Origin: a virus
Direction: 5' to 3' (one strand)
IMG/VR virus record: IMGVR_UViG_3300025929_000012
Coordinates: 32,001 to 96,000 of that record
DNA: 64,000 bases
The notes below the pieces were generated by a model that was not told the origin of the DNA, ran no database searches, and worked only from the letters and a program-made list of their open reading frames with translations. The position numbers and the translations under genes were made by a program. Shown here in pieces: positions 44,419 to 54,113 of this stretch (the first letter of the stretch is position 1; every line of letters begins with the position of its first letter).

Positions 44419-45948
44419 CTAAGCCTTCGGTATCCCGAGGGTGGGCATCCCGAACGGCTCGGCGATGTTCTCCGGCAGCGGCTCACGGCCCGCCTGGGCG
44501 AGGGCCTGCTGCGCCACCCGGGTAGCAGCCGCCGTCCCCCCCGCCAGCCGCCCCAGTGACGCCGCTGCTTCCTTCGGCATCCCCGGCGGCGCCGTCGCCA
44601 CCACGTGGGCCTCCCGGTCCCTAGCGCCCTGCTGCACGATCTGCGACACCGCGTCCACGTCCAGGTTCAAGACCGTCGCCAGCCGTTCCGTGATCAGGTC
44701 GAGGATCGCGGGCGGCACCTGCAGCGACGGGGCAACGGCCAGCTCCTGGAACAGGCCCACCAGCTGGGATGACGACTCGTCGGTGAGCGCCCCGAACTTG
44801 AACACCGGGTAGGCGGCGGACGGCCCGAAGTTCAATGTGACTAGCGGCGCTATCACGTCATGGGTGAGGGACTCGGCGATCTCCGCCGAGATGGCCTGCC
44901 GGGACTTCAGGAAGAACGCGCTCTGGTCCTGGGACAAGGCGAGGCTGCCCTTGCCCATGGACGCGAGGCTGGACAGCCCCGTGAAGCCTGCGAGAACCGA
45001 TGCGGTCTGCCACGTCTCCAGGAACGCGAGCGCATCGGCAAATTGTGAGGCGCCTTTCCCTGAGCTTTCGAGCACCTCGAAGTCTTTTGCGCCCTGCGGG
45101 CCTCTTGTGAATCCCGCCACCCCGGAAGCCCGCATTGAGGCGACGTCATCAGCTCGCGCATTGGCCTCACGCTGATCCTGGCCGTACACGATCACTTTAG
45201 GCAACGACTGTTGCTCAAGGAACGCCAGCCACAAAAAGACCAACTTTAGCTTCGTTTTGTAACACCAGTAACAGACCGCTAGCTCGGACGTGCCGGTTAG
45301 CGGCTCACGGTGCCGGCCATTTACGTGGACGAACGAGCGCACCTTCGGGATGTCCACCCAGCCCGGCGTGGACCCCGGTCTCGTGCTCAGCGCCTGGCCG
45401 CCGAGCAGGAACAACTGCTGGCGGAAGCCCATCTCAGCGGCCGTCTTCGGATCGCGGCGCAGCTCGCACGTGGCGGTCGGGCGGTGCGCGAGCTTCTCGT
45501 AGGTGACCGCGCCGTCTTCCTCGCGAATCCGGAAAATCTTTTCGTGAAAGGATTTTCTATAGATTTGCGCTGACGTGACTTGCCCGATGACATCCTGCAG
45601 CGGCGTCTTCATGCCGCCGGACGTGGCGGGGGCGAACAGCGCGGAGTTGCAAAGCTCTGCCTCGCCGCTGTCGCCCTTGGACGGCTCGATCGCCCGCGAT
45701 GCCTGCCTGATGGGCAGGGTCAGGACGGCCTCAAGCGCAGACGCCTGGCCGTCCTGGTCAAGCATCTTCGCAACGTCACGACTTGACCACTCTCCGTAGT
45801 CGAGTACCGAGCCGTCACCGAACGTGGAGAACATGCGGGTCATGGAGTCGTACTGAGTCCCGAGTTCCCCGCCGAGGATCTGGTTGCGAGTCGCGGGCTT
45901 CAGGTCGGGGAACTTGACGATGCGCGCCGTCTGCGGGTCGGGAGCCAC
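44419..45948 (-). CDS. Portal protein (DUF935/Mu gp29-like)
   Basis: 509 aa after TerL; GSLALSQDQS...IAPLVTLNFG. Confidence 0.9.
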   Translation of the reverse strand: MAPDPQTARIVKFPDLKPATRNQILGGELGTQYDSMTRMFSTFGDGSVLDYGEWSSRDVAKMLDQDGQASALEAVLTLPIRQASRAIEPSKGDSGEAELCNSALFAPATSGGMKTPLQDVIGQVTSAQIYRKSFHEKIFRIREEDGAVTYEKLAHRPTATCELRRDPKTAAEMGFRQQLFLLGGQALSTRPGSTPGWVDIPKVRSFVHVNGRHREPLTGTSELAVCYWCYKTKLKLVFLWLAFLEQQSLPKVIVYGQDQREANARADDVASMRASGVAGFTRGPQGAKDFEVLESSGKGASQFADALAFLETWQTASVLAGFTGLSSLASMGKGSLALSQDQSAFFLKSRQAISAEIAESLTHDVIAPLVTLNFGPSAAYPVFKFGALTDESSSQLVGLFQELAVAPSLQVPPAILDLITERLATVLNLDVDAVSQIVQQGARDREAHVVATAPPGMPKEAAASLGRLAGGTAAATRVAQQALAQAGREPLPENIAEPFGMPTLGIPKA

Positions 45949-45978
45949 GAGCGCCCCCCGTCGCTACGCTGGGGTTTC

Positions 45979-46263
45979 ATGACCGGGCCGAAGACGTCCG
46001 CCGACCGCCTCCGCGAGTATCTCTACCACCGGCCGCGAGCCATGTGGGCGTACGCGAGCGAGCCGCTCTACCACGCTGAGGTCGAGTGGACGTGCCGCCT
46101 GCTGGGCATCGTGGACGAGGCAGCCGACGCGGAGACGGCGGAGAGGGTCACCGCCGCGATCTGCGAACGGCTAGCAGGCGACAGCGTCACCGAGGCCATT
46201 GAGCGGGCGCAGGACAGGCAGGCTGAGATGGACCGCCTGATGGGGCGGGGCGCTCCCGGCTAG
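45979..46263 (+). CDS. Hypothetical protein
   Basis: TACGCT 8 nt before ATG; shares CTAG stop overlap with the convergent gene. Confidence 0.75.
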   Translation: MTGPKTSADRLREYLYHRPRAMWAYASEPLYHAEVEWTCRLLGIVDEAADAETAERVTAAICERLAGDSVTEAIERAQDRQAEMDRLMGRGAPG

Positions 46264-46490
46264 TTCGCGACGCCAGTCTTCAGCCCGGGAACGCCCCTCA
46301 GAACATTCGCCGGCGTGGTCGTGTCTACCGAATTCGGGGGCGCAAGCAAGATCTTGCCCTCGGCGAGGAGACGAATCGTGGACGCCTTAGCCGGGTTAAG
46401 CGGCAGCACGTCCCCGGGCTCCGCAAACCAGTCATCGATCACGGAGTAGACGCGCAGCGGGACCAGGGCCGTGTACAAGAGAGTGGCCAC
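46260..46490 (-). CDS. Small hypothetical virion protein
   Basis: GGAGGTGA RBS. Confidence 0.7.
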   Translation of the reverse strand: MATLLYTALVPLRVYSVIDDWFAEPGDVLPLNPAKASTIRLLAEGKILLAPPNSVDTTTPANVLRGVPGLKTGVAN

Positions 46491-46493
46491 GGC

Positions 46494-48194
46494 TCACCTC
46501 CACGTGCGGACGTTGGGCCGGTCGGGGCGGCCGTCGTCGTCCTGCGGCGCCCACGCGTCCGGGGAATCCCACCCGTCCCGCCTGTCCCGGTCATCCGGAC
46601 CACCGGGACGGCGACGCGACCTGTCCTCCGTCAGCCGCTCCAAGTCGGTGTGCGCCGCCCACTGCCTCGCCGACGGAGAATGAGGCAGTGAACGCGGCCA
46701 GTAGCTCTGAACGCAGGCGTCACCGTCGTCCGTGCTGCGGCCAAGCCGCTTCTCGATCTCGTCCTTGGACTCCACCGCGATCTTGCCCCCGGAGGTGACC
46801 GTCCACTGAGGGGCCGACAGGTCGCCGAGCAGCATCTCGTCGTCGGGGAGGCACAGGTCCGAGCCCGCCGACGGGTCAAGCTGTTCCCTGAGGCCCCACC
46901 AGGCCGCGCTGCGGGTGCAGTTGAAACCGAGGGTGCCTGTGCTGTCCATGCGATCCGTGCGGTTCGACGCGCCGAACGCCTCCACCTTGCAGCCCTGCTC
47001 ATGCAGCCGGTCGTACACGCCGCCGCCGACGCCGACCACGTCAATGACCGCGGTGCGGGCCGGGTCCGCGTCGAGAACAGCCTTTACCTTGCCCGCGGTG
47101 ACCATCGTGCTTTCCTTGGCCGTCTTCCGCAGCTCCACCAGCACCGGGCCGTTGCGGACCGCGATTACCGTCTTCGCGGTCCCGTACCTGGCGACGTCCA
47201 CGCCCGCCGTGCGCGGGTAGTCCATGTCGGTGCCCGGCCTGCCCGCGAGGTCCCACTCATGCCAGCGCTCAACCGCCGCCTCGGCCCACGCCAGGGGGAT
47301 GACCGAGTCCTCATCGCCGGCGTGGAACTCGCCCAGCACCCGGTTCTGGTAGATGCTCGAATCGGGGCCCCACTGGAGCGCACGCTGGGCGGCCCATGCC
47401 GGGTCGATCTGCCCCGCCGCTATCGCCTGGTCGAGGGTTATGTGGACGGCGTGCCAGTCCTCGTAGCCGGGCTTGCGGGACTGGATGTCATAGAAGCGGC
47501 CAGACGGCGCACCGGGCGTTGACAGGGCCAGCGCGAACGCTTCCCCGGTGCCGTTCAGCGCGCCCTCGCAGGCGTCGAACGTGCCCGCCGGGATCGCCTT
47601 AGCCTCATCGAAGACGAACAGGAGGCTGTCAGCGTGCGCGCCCTCAATGAGGGCCGAGTTGGCGGACGCGCTGGCGAACGCCGCGCCGTGGTTGAGGCGC
47701 AGGTTCAGGTTCATCAGCTCATTGGGGCTGAACGGGTGGCCGCGAAGGCGGACGTTGAGCTCCTCGTGGGCGGTCAGCCGGTCACCGCGGACCTTGTCCC
47801 AGCGGACCCGGACGGCCCAGCGGTGGATCTCCCTCCACAGGAACTTGGAGATCTGATGCCATGACCCGGCGGTGGTCGCGACCTTCCAGTCCACCCCGGC
47901 GGCCTCGCGGGTCAGCGCGAACCACAAGACTGTTATCGCGGACAGCGCCGACTTGCCTGCGCCGTGCGGCGAGCGGACGCATACCCGCTTAGCGGCAGGC
48001 AGGCCGCCGATGATCTCCCGCTGGTAGGCGGTGAGGCTCTTGCCGCGCCAGTCGATGCAGTCCTCGGCGAACGCTACCGGGTCGTTGTAGTACCGCTGCG
48101 ACGCCGCTGCCTGGCTGGCCGCTGCCTGCCGCTGAAGGTCACGGAGGTAGCGGAGACGGTCAGGCGGTGCCTGTACCAGCCGGGTCGTTGGCAC
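46494..48194 (-). CDS. terL: Terminase large subunit
   Basis: Walker A SPHGAGKS, Walker B FVFDEA, STP, nuclease GVDVARYG, RSTDDGDA. Confidence 0.95.
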   Translation of the reverse strand: MPTTRLVQAPPDRLRYLRDLQRQAAASQAAASQRYYNDPVAFAEDCIDWRGKSLTAYQREIIGGLPAAKRVCVRSPHGAGKSALSAITVLWFALTREAAGVDWKVATTAGSWHQISKFLWREIHRWAVRVRWDKVRGDRLTAHEELNVRLRGHPFSPNELMNLNLRLNHGAAFASASANSALIEGAHADSLLFVFDEAKAIPAGTFDACEGALNGTGEAFALALSTPGAPSGRFYDIQSRKPGYEDWHAVHITLDQAIAAGQIDPAWAAQRALQWGPDSSIYQNRVLGEFHAGDEDSVIPLAWAEAAVERWHEWDLAGRPGTDMDYPRTAGVDVARYGTAKTVIAVRNGPVLVELRKTAKESTMVTAGKVKAVLDADPARTAVIDVVGVGGGVYDRLHEQGCKVEAFGASNRTDRMDSTGTLGFNCTRSAAWWGLREQLDPSAGSDLCLPDDEMLLGDLSAPQWTVTSGGKIAVESKDEIEKRLGRSTDDGDACVQSYWPRSLPHSPSARQWAAHTDLERLTEDRSRRRPGGPDDRDRRDGWDSPDAWAPQDDDGRPDRPNVRTWR

Positions 48195-48672
48195 TCAGCG
48201 CGCCCTCAAGGCGGGCGATCTCATCCTCGATCAGCTCGGCGGTGATCACCTCAACACGGGACCGGGACGGGGCGTACAGGCCGGTGAGCTTCGCCTCATG
48301 GTCATCGAAGCGGAGCAGCCGGTCCAGGGCATGCAGGACAGGGGCGTCATCAAGGAGCGGGTCACCGGTCACCGGGTGCAAGGCGACCTGCCCGGACGCG
48401 GTGGTGGCGTAATGCTTGGAGGTCGCTACCCGCCAGGCGAGCCGCCGGTAATCCTGCAGCCGGTCGAGCATCACCTGCAGCGCTTCCGGCCCTGCCAGCG
48501 TGTCAGCGGCGGTGGTGCGGGCGTGGCGGCGGATCGCGTCCCCCACCGACTGCGGTGACCGGTAGCCGAGCTGCTTCGCTATCTGCCGGTAGGACAGGCC
48601 CCGCCGGTACAGGTCAGCGGACTGCGCGTCACGCTCCATCACAGCCAGGGAAGGGCGCTGAGGCATGGCCAC
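48160..48672 (-). CDS. terS: Terminase small subunit
   Basis: HTH GLSYRQIAKQLG; AKLTGLYAP; directly before terL. Confidence 0.85.
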   Translation of the reverse strand: MAMPQRPSLAVMERDAQSADLYRRGLSYRQIAKQLGYRSPQSVGDAIRRHARTTAADTLAGPEALQVMLDRLQDYRRLAWRVATSKHYATTASGQVALHPVTGDPLLDDAPVLHALDRLLRFDDHEAKLTGLYAPSRSRVEVITAELIEDEIARLEGALSANDPAGTGTA

Positions 48673-48716
48673 CCCCTCGGGCTTTTGTCCAGCGTTCAGT
48701 GTCCGGTGGACAGGGG

Positions 48717-49988
48717 TCAGGCGAAGGAGACGGGGACGGTAGTGCCGTCAGGCTGGACATGCTCGGGCTTGATCCCCGTCTGGCGTTCCCAGCGTGCCGC
48801 GATCACGTCGCAATACGCTGGCTCCATCTCAAGCAGCGCCGCCGTGCGGCCGGTGTTGTGAGCGGCGATGAGCGTGGACCCGGAGCCGGCGAAGGCGTCA
48901 AGGACCACCGTGCGCTCGCCCTTGGGGTCGATCACCGAGAAGGCCCACTCGGCGAGCGCCACGGGCTTCTGCGTCGGATGCACGCGCTTACCGCGCTCGG
49001 AGGCCCGCAGCATCCCGTTCCACATGTGGCGCAGCAGGCGAACGGCCCCGGGGTGGTTCGTCCAAGCGAGCTCACAGTCGGCGAAGTCACCGTTTGTGTC
49101 CTTGTCCCAGACCAGCCAGCAGGAGGAGTCGGACAGGCCGGCGGAGGCGGCGTAGTGATTGCCGCCCCACCAGACGTGCAGGGCGGTGGGGTACTCGGTA
49201 GACAGGAGGCGGAACGCGTCGGCAGCGGTCTCTGTCGTGCTATCGCCAGCCACCGGCCTGTACTGGGTCCAGGTGACGTTCCCGAAGCCGGGCCGGTAGC
49301 GCCCCCCTGATGCCGGATCGTAGCCACCGACGTTGCCGGTTTCCCTCACGATGCCGATCCCGTACGGCGGGTCGGTGTAGACGATCCCGACCGTTCCCAG
49401 CCCTTCAGTGACCCGTTTGAGGTCATCCGGGCTGGTGGCGTCACCGCACAAAAGCCGGTGCGGGCCGAGCAAGTACAGGTCACCTAGCGCGCTGACCGGT
49501 TCCGCTGGCGGTTCCGGCACGTCATCCGGGTCACCGCTGCCACCAGTGCTGCCCGGTTCGTCCCTGCCGAGCAGGTCCGCGAGGTCATCCAGGTCATGGA
49601 CGCCCCACCCGGTGCCGTCATAGTCGCCGTCCAGCGCCAGCAGCAGCTCAGCGAGCGCCCGGTCGTCATACCGCTCACCCGTCTCCGGGTCCGGCAGTTC
49701 CCCGGTGCGGTTGTCCGCTAGGTTCACGCGGCGGGCTTCGTCGTCGGTGCAGGTGATGACCTCGCACCGTGCCGTCTCATGCCCTTCGGCCTCGAGCGCG
49801 TCGGCGGTGTGGTTCCCGGCCAGGATCACGAGGCCGGTGCCGGTGTCGCGGACGACGATGGCCCGGTACTGGCCGAGGCGGGCGACGCTCTTGCGGATCT
49901 CGGGGACGTTGCCGCGCCGGGCGTTGCCGGGGAAGCGGGTGAGCTCAGCGATCGGGACCTCCCGGATCCCCTCGGGCTGGATGGCCAC
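48717..49988 (-). CDS. ParB-domain N6A/N4C DNA methyltransferase
   Basis: ILAGNHT, LADNRT; HRLLCGD, TDPPY, HPTQKP, DAFAGSGSTL. Confidence 0.92.
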   Translation of the reverse strand: MAIQPEGIREVPIAELTRFPGNARRGNVPEIRKSVARLGQYRAIVVRDTGTGLVILAGNHTADALEAEGHETARCEVITCTDDEARRVNLADNRTGELPDPETGERYDDRALAELLLALDGDYDGTGWGVHDLDDLADLLGRDEPGSTGGSGDPDDVPEPPAEPVSALGDLYLLGPHRLLCGDATSPDDLKRVTEGLGTVGIVYTDPPYGIGIVRETGNVGGYDPASGGRYRPGFGNVTWTQYRPVAGDSTTETAADAFRLLSTEYPTALHVWWGGNHYAASAGLSDSSCWLVWDKDTNGDFADCELAWTNHPGAVRLLRHMWNGMLRASERGKRVHPTQKPVALAEWAFSVIDPKGERTVVLDAFAGSGSTLIAAHNTGRTAALLEMEPAYCDVIAARWERQTGIKPEHVQPDGTTVPVSFA

Positions 49989-50014
49989 GCGCCTGCCCCG
50001 CCCGGCTCTCTTGG

Positions 50015-50377
50015 CTAGTTCGAAGTTCCCGCGGCCGGGGGTGCCGGGGGCGCGAGGTCAGTCACCGACGACACGGAGGAGTCCAGGGACGCGGCGGTGC
50101 CCTGCGCGGCGGCGACGGCAGCGTCCAGGGCAGACGTGTCCACCGAGGCGGGGAGGGCGGCGAGGGCGGCCTTGATCGCGTCGATGTCGGTCCCCAGCTG
50201 GGCGACGTTCGCGGCGACGTCGCCGGTGAGGGCGGTCAGGGCCTGCGTGGCCAGGTCGATCGACTGCTGCTGCTCGCTCACGGTATCCAGCTTTCTCTCA
50301 AGGGCGGTCAGGGACTTGCGGATGGCTTGCAGTTCCGGGGAGTGGTCGCAGGGCCGGCGTCCCCATTCGGGCTCCAT
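50015..50377 (-). CDS. Small coiled-coil protein
   Basis: Heptad pattern; TGATG overlap. Confidence 0.7.
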   Translation of the reverse strand: MEPEWGRRPCDHSPELQAIRKSLTALERKLDTVSEQQQSIDLATQALTALTGDVAANVAQLGTDIDAIKAALAALPASVDTSALDAAVAAAQGTAASLDSSVSSVTDLAPPAPPAAGTSN

Positions 50378-50641
50378 CAGGCTGCCTCCGCCCGCCGTGG
50401 GCGGCCTCGTAGCTGCCGGGGGTCGGTGCCCGATGCGGTGATGCCGTGCTCCCGGACCAGCCTCTCAGCGGCCCTGAGCGCTTCGGGGGTGTGGAGCGGC
50501 CTGCCGCGCTCGTCAAGGCCCTGGGTGGCGAGCCAGCCGCGCCAGCGCCAGGACCGGATCGTGGCGGGGCTGACGCCGATGTACCGGGCGGCCTGGACGG
50601 TGCCGAGCATGCCGTCATCACGGGTCGGGACCACGGTCACC
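50377..50641 (-). CDS. MerR-like HTH protein
   Basis: AARYIGVSPATIRSWRWRGWL; start approximate. Confidence 0.75.
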
Positions 50642-50917
50642 GCCCTGTTACATGCGAAATGCCCCCGTACGCGAGGTGCGCAGGGGACAGTTGTTCTAGT
50701 GGTGGCTAGTGTTGCACCTTGCTCGTGAGCTGGCAAGTTACGGCGGCTGACGGCGTGGCCGCCTAACCACTCGTCATCGTCGCCCCAGCCACTAGACGGG
50801 CACCAGCAGTCCCGGCACAGGCACAGGCAATCGTCCCCGCATGAGCAGTCCGCGACCTCGTTGCCGTCCACGTCGGTGCGCCCGCTGTAGGTGTCGGCGG
50901 GGCAGCATTGCAGCGGC

Positions 50918-52045
50918 TCAGGCGGCGGCACGGCCCCGGCCCCCGCAACATGAGCACGACGCCCAGGAACATTCAGGATGCCGGTCCAGGTCGGGGCGCA
51001 TCTCGCAGCGGCGGCAGGTGAGCAGCCCCGACCCCCGCACCCACGCCGCGTACATCACGGCCCACGCGGTCAATTCCGGGCGGGTCATCTCGTCCCCGCA
51101 CTCCGCGCACCGTGTCCACCGTGGCGGCGGCTGGGCCGGGTCCGGTGGCGGCTGCTCCAGCACCGTGAGGGCTGACATGGCCTCGCACGACCGGCACGGC
51201 ATCCCGTCGAGGACCTCCGCGGACGCGGGGACCTGCCCGGTCAGCCGGCGGGCATGCCAGTCCAGGGCGAGGATCTCCGCGCCGGCGTGGACGGCGTTCC
51301 GGCGGGTCAGCACCTTCACCCACCCGTCGCCGGCGGAGACGATCTCCAGGTCGCCTAGCTCCGCCTCAGCCTCGGCGGGGACCGGCCCGGACGGCACGGC
51401 TTCCGGCACGGGGCCGGGGTCGTGGTCACAGAACCCCGCCGCCTGGCCGTCGCACGCCCACCACCAGCCCGACACCGGGGAACGGGTCACCGTCCGCCCG
51501 CACCTCCGGCACGCCCCCTGCGCCCGGTTCAGCGGGGCCGTCGCCTCGGGGAGGTCGTAGGCGCGGGTCGTCCACCCGTCCGGCAGGGCCATCAGCGGGC
51601 CGGGATGGCGGGCCAGGACGTTGCAGTCCTCCCGCACCCTGCCCGGGGTGCCCGGGGGATGCCGGGGCGGGGACAGGCGCAGGCCCGGGGTATCGCGGAC
51701 CCGGGCGGCCCACCCGGCGAGGACCGCGGACGCCTCCCGGGCCAGTGCTTCGGCGGGGGGGCTGACCAGGATCCGGGGTCCCGGAGGTACCCGGACCTTC
51801 CCCGTAGCCCGCGCGAGGGCGGCGGTACCGGAGGCTAGCAGGGAATACAGCGGGGGGAGCTCCGTCAGGCAGGTGACGATCTTTGACGTGCAGGCCGGGC
51901 AGTACGGCTGCCAGGTGAGGGCCGGATGCCATGCGCCTTCGGCGTCGCGGGTCGACGCGGCGCACCAGTCACCTCTCGAGCACGAGCGCTGCTCGTCATC
52001 GGTTACCGCCGGAACCTGGGCCTGGACTGCCTGCCGGGGAGCCAT
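50918..52045 (-). CDS. Zn-binding putative late transcription regulator
   Basis: Multiple CxxC; position before packaging genes; CATGAT 6 nt before ATG. Confidence 0.65.
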   Translation of the reverse strand: MAPRQAVQAQVPAVTDDEQRSCSRGDWCAASTRDAEGAWHPALTWQPYCPACTSKIVTCLTELPPLYSLLASGTAALARATGKVRVPPGPRILVSPPAEALAREASAVLAGWAARVRDTPGLRLSPPRHPPGTPGRVREDCNVLARHPGPLMALPDGWTTRAYDLPEATAPLNRAQGACRRCGRTVTRSPVSGWWWACDGQAAGFCDHDPGPVPEAVPSGPVPAEAEAELGDLEIVSAGDGWVKVLTRRNAVHAGAEILALDWHARRLTGQVPASAEVLDGMPCRSCEAMSALTVLEQPPPDPAQPPPRWTRCAECGDEMTRPELTAWAVMYAAWVRGSGLLTCRRCEMRPDLDRHPECSWASCSCCGGRGRAAA

Positions 52046-52192
52046 GCCCCCATCATGCCACCGGGGGTGACGGGTGCAACGCGAACAGTTAACGGGTATC
52101 AGTCGCGGGCAGCGAGAAGGGCCGCCTCCCCCCGGGAAACGGCCCTTCGCTTTAGTCCTCGCCGAGCGCCAGCCGCATGTCGCGAGGGTGAT

Positions 52193-52666
52193 CTAGTACC
52201 AGGTGTAGATCTCAGAGGGAACGGGCGGGCCAAACAGCCAGATCGCCGCGTATTGCCAGATGAGCAGCGCGTTAGGCAGCTCCATGACAGTCCCGGCGCG
52301 GGTAGCCTCTTCGTGGATCAGGTGCCGGGCGACGGTCAGCCGGTCGGCGGTCTCTCCGTCGGCGACCGGGCGTCCGAGCGAGAAGCCCTCTTCCGGGCCT
52401 GCCGCCCAGTCGGGCGCAATGGCGATCCCGCTCTGATGCAGGCCGATGGTGGTCATAATGTCGATGAGCAGGCGCAGGTCTTCCTCGGCGCGCGTGAAGT
52501 AATCACTGAAGACCGGGCTGTCCAGGGTCCCGCCGGGGGTGTCCTCGCCGAAGGTCTCGGGCTGCGCTATGTGGGGTATCGCAAGCAGGCCGAGGGGACG
52601 GGGATAGCCCGTGCTGGCGGACGCCTCGGCGGGCATGGGCTGGGTGGTTGTCTTTTTCCTGAACAT
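52193..52666 (-). CDS. Hypothetical protein
   Basis: TGATG overlap. Confidence 0.65.
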   Translation of the reverse strand: MFRKKTTTQPMPAEASASTGYPRPLGLLAIPHIAQPETFGEDTPGGTLDSPVFSDYFTRAEEDLRLLIDIMTTIGLHQSGIAIAPDWAAGPEEGFSLGRPVADGETADRLTVARHLIHEEATRAGTVMELPNALLIWQYAAIWLFGPPVPSEIYTWY

Positions 52667-52959
52667 CAGCGTCCCCGCACGCTGTACAGGACGTCGATCC
52701 ACTCGGGCCTCTCAGGGTCGAACGGGTCCTCTTCGAGCGTCACCGGGTACCCGAGTTTGCCTCCCGCCCACGCGGCGAGCTCGGCGGGAGCGAGCCCGCG
52801 CGGGCCATCCAGCGCGGCGTACGGCGGGCAGTAGAACTGCCTGTCGTAGTCGCCGCGGGTGAGCAGCGTCCAGGTACCCGGGCGGCCCGCGAGCCGGTCC
52901 CGGAGGCGGGGCTTATCCGGCTGGCTGTAGAACAGCACGTGATCGTCGTCATCCGGCAT
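52666..52959 (-). CDS. Hypothetical protein
   Basis: GAAAGGA RBS. Confidence 0.65.
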   Translation of the reverse strand: MPDDDDHVLFYSQPDKPRLRDRLAGRPGTWTLLTRGDYDRQFYCPPYAALDGPRGLAPAELAAWAGGKLGYPVTLEEDPFDPERPEWIDVLYSVRGR

Positions 52960-52976
52960 GATTCGTTTCCTTTCAG

Positions 52977-53489
52977 CTAGTACCAGTTGGGATTGGTGTG
53001 CTTCTCGTGCCACCATGCGCCGCACGGGTTGGCATAGGTGGCCGCGATGTAGTTCAGGCCCCACCTGATCTCCCAGTACGCGGACCCGCTGTTGGCCTGC
53101 CGCGCCTGGGCGTCGGTGAGGCCGAAGCCGCCGTACTCGTTTCCGAGGGTGCCGCCCCGGCCGGGCCCGCCGTGGGTCAGCGCCTGGGGGATGCCGAGCG
53201 CCCCCGACTGAGGGTTGGCGACCGACGCAGACCAGGTGTGCGCGGATTCCTCGTCCCATAGCAGGTCAAGGCAGTGCTGCTGCCTGGCCCCCCACCCGAG
53301 GGCGGCGGCCATCTCGTTGGCGAGCCGCTCGTTGGCGGGCATGCTGCTGTCCCGCACGGCCAGCACGGTCCCGCCCGAGAGTGCGTTACCCCCGGGGTGA
53401 CGGTGGGCGGCGGCGTGGCTGGCCGGCATGTACCCGGCGGCGGCGAGTACGGCGAACGTGCCCAGCGTGGCCCTGGTGCGCAGTTTCAT
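52977..53489 (-). CDS. Secreted lytic transglycosylase-like protein
   Basis: Signal peptide; CLDLLWDEES...NPQSGALGIPQAL...IRWGLNYI..TY..PCGAW..NWY. Confidence 0.88.
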   Translation of the reverse strand: MKLRTRATLGTFAVLAAAGYMPASHAAAHRHPGGNALSGGTVLAVRDSSMPANERLANEMAAALGWGARQQHCLDLLWDEESAHTWSASVANPQSGALGIPQALTHGGPGRGGTLGNEYGGFGLTDAQARQANSGSAYWEIRWGLNYIAATYANPCGAWWHEKHTNPNWY

Positions 53490-53497
53490 CGCTTGCC

Positions 53498-53587
53498 CTA
53501 GAGGTGGCCGGTGGCCCCGTAGGCGACTGCCATGATCACGGCAACGCCTACGGCCCAGGCGAGGATGAACAAGACGAGGTATTTCAC
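53498..53587 (-). CDS. 29-aa single-TM peptide
   Basis: AAGGAG RBS; MKYLVLFILAWAVGVAVIMAVAYG. Confidence 0.6.
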   Translation of the reverse strand: MKYLVLFILAWAVGVAVIMAVAYGATGHL

Positions 53588-53603
53588 GGGGGGTTTCTCC
53601 TTT

Positions 53604-54113
53604 TCAGGCCCGCGGGCGGGCGTAGCCGACGACTTTCCCAGGGCCAGTGCCGCTCAGCGCGGAATCGACCCCGAACGGGTAGGCGCCGATCGGAGTGCCG
53701 GGGGCGTACGCCTGGATCATCCGGTGAGCGCCGGTCACGAGGCCGACATGCCCCGGCGCCTTGCGGGTGCCGTCGGCCCCGGCGAAGAACACCAGGTCCC
53801 CGGGCTGCGGGCTGGTGACGTGCGGCAGTTCCGCCCACTGCTCCTGTGACGTGCGGGGGATGGTGACGCCCGCGCGGGCATACGCCTCCATGACCAGGCC
53901 AGAGCAGTCGAACGAGTCCGGGCCGGTGCCGCCCCACAGGTAAGGCTTGCCGAGCTGGGCCTCGGCGTAGGCGAGGACCCGCGCGGTGACCCGGTCCCCG
54001 GCAGGGGCGCCGTGCCGGGCGGCGCGCAGGTGCGCCGCCGTCGCGGGGGCGTGTGAGGCGACCGCGAGGACGCCGCCGGCGGCGACCACGCCCAGGAACG
54101 CGCGGCGCCTCAC
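53604..54113 (-). CDS. Secreted NlpC/P60 peptidase (Tat-like signal)
   Basis: MRRRAFL; GKPYLWGG...FDCSGL...GHVG. Confidence 0.93.
   Translation of the reverse strand: MRRRAFLGVVAAGGVLAVASHAPATAAHLRAARHGAPAGDRVTARVLAYAEAQLGKPYLWGGTGPDSFDCSGLVMEAYARAGVTIPRTSQEQWAELPHVTSPQPGDLVFFAGADGTRKAPGHVGLVTGAHRMIQAYAPGTPIGAYPFGVDSALSGTGPGKVVGYARPRA

Noticed and set aside
52977-54113. Endolysin-holin cassette
   Set aside because: Both enzymes have export signals and lie in the ftsK operon, so a transfer role is preferred; lysis not fully excluded
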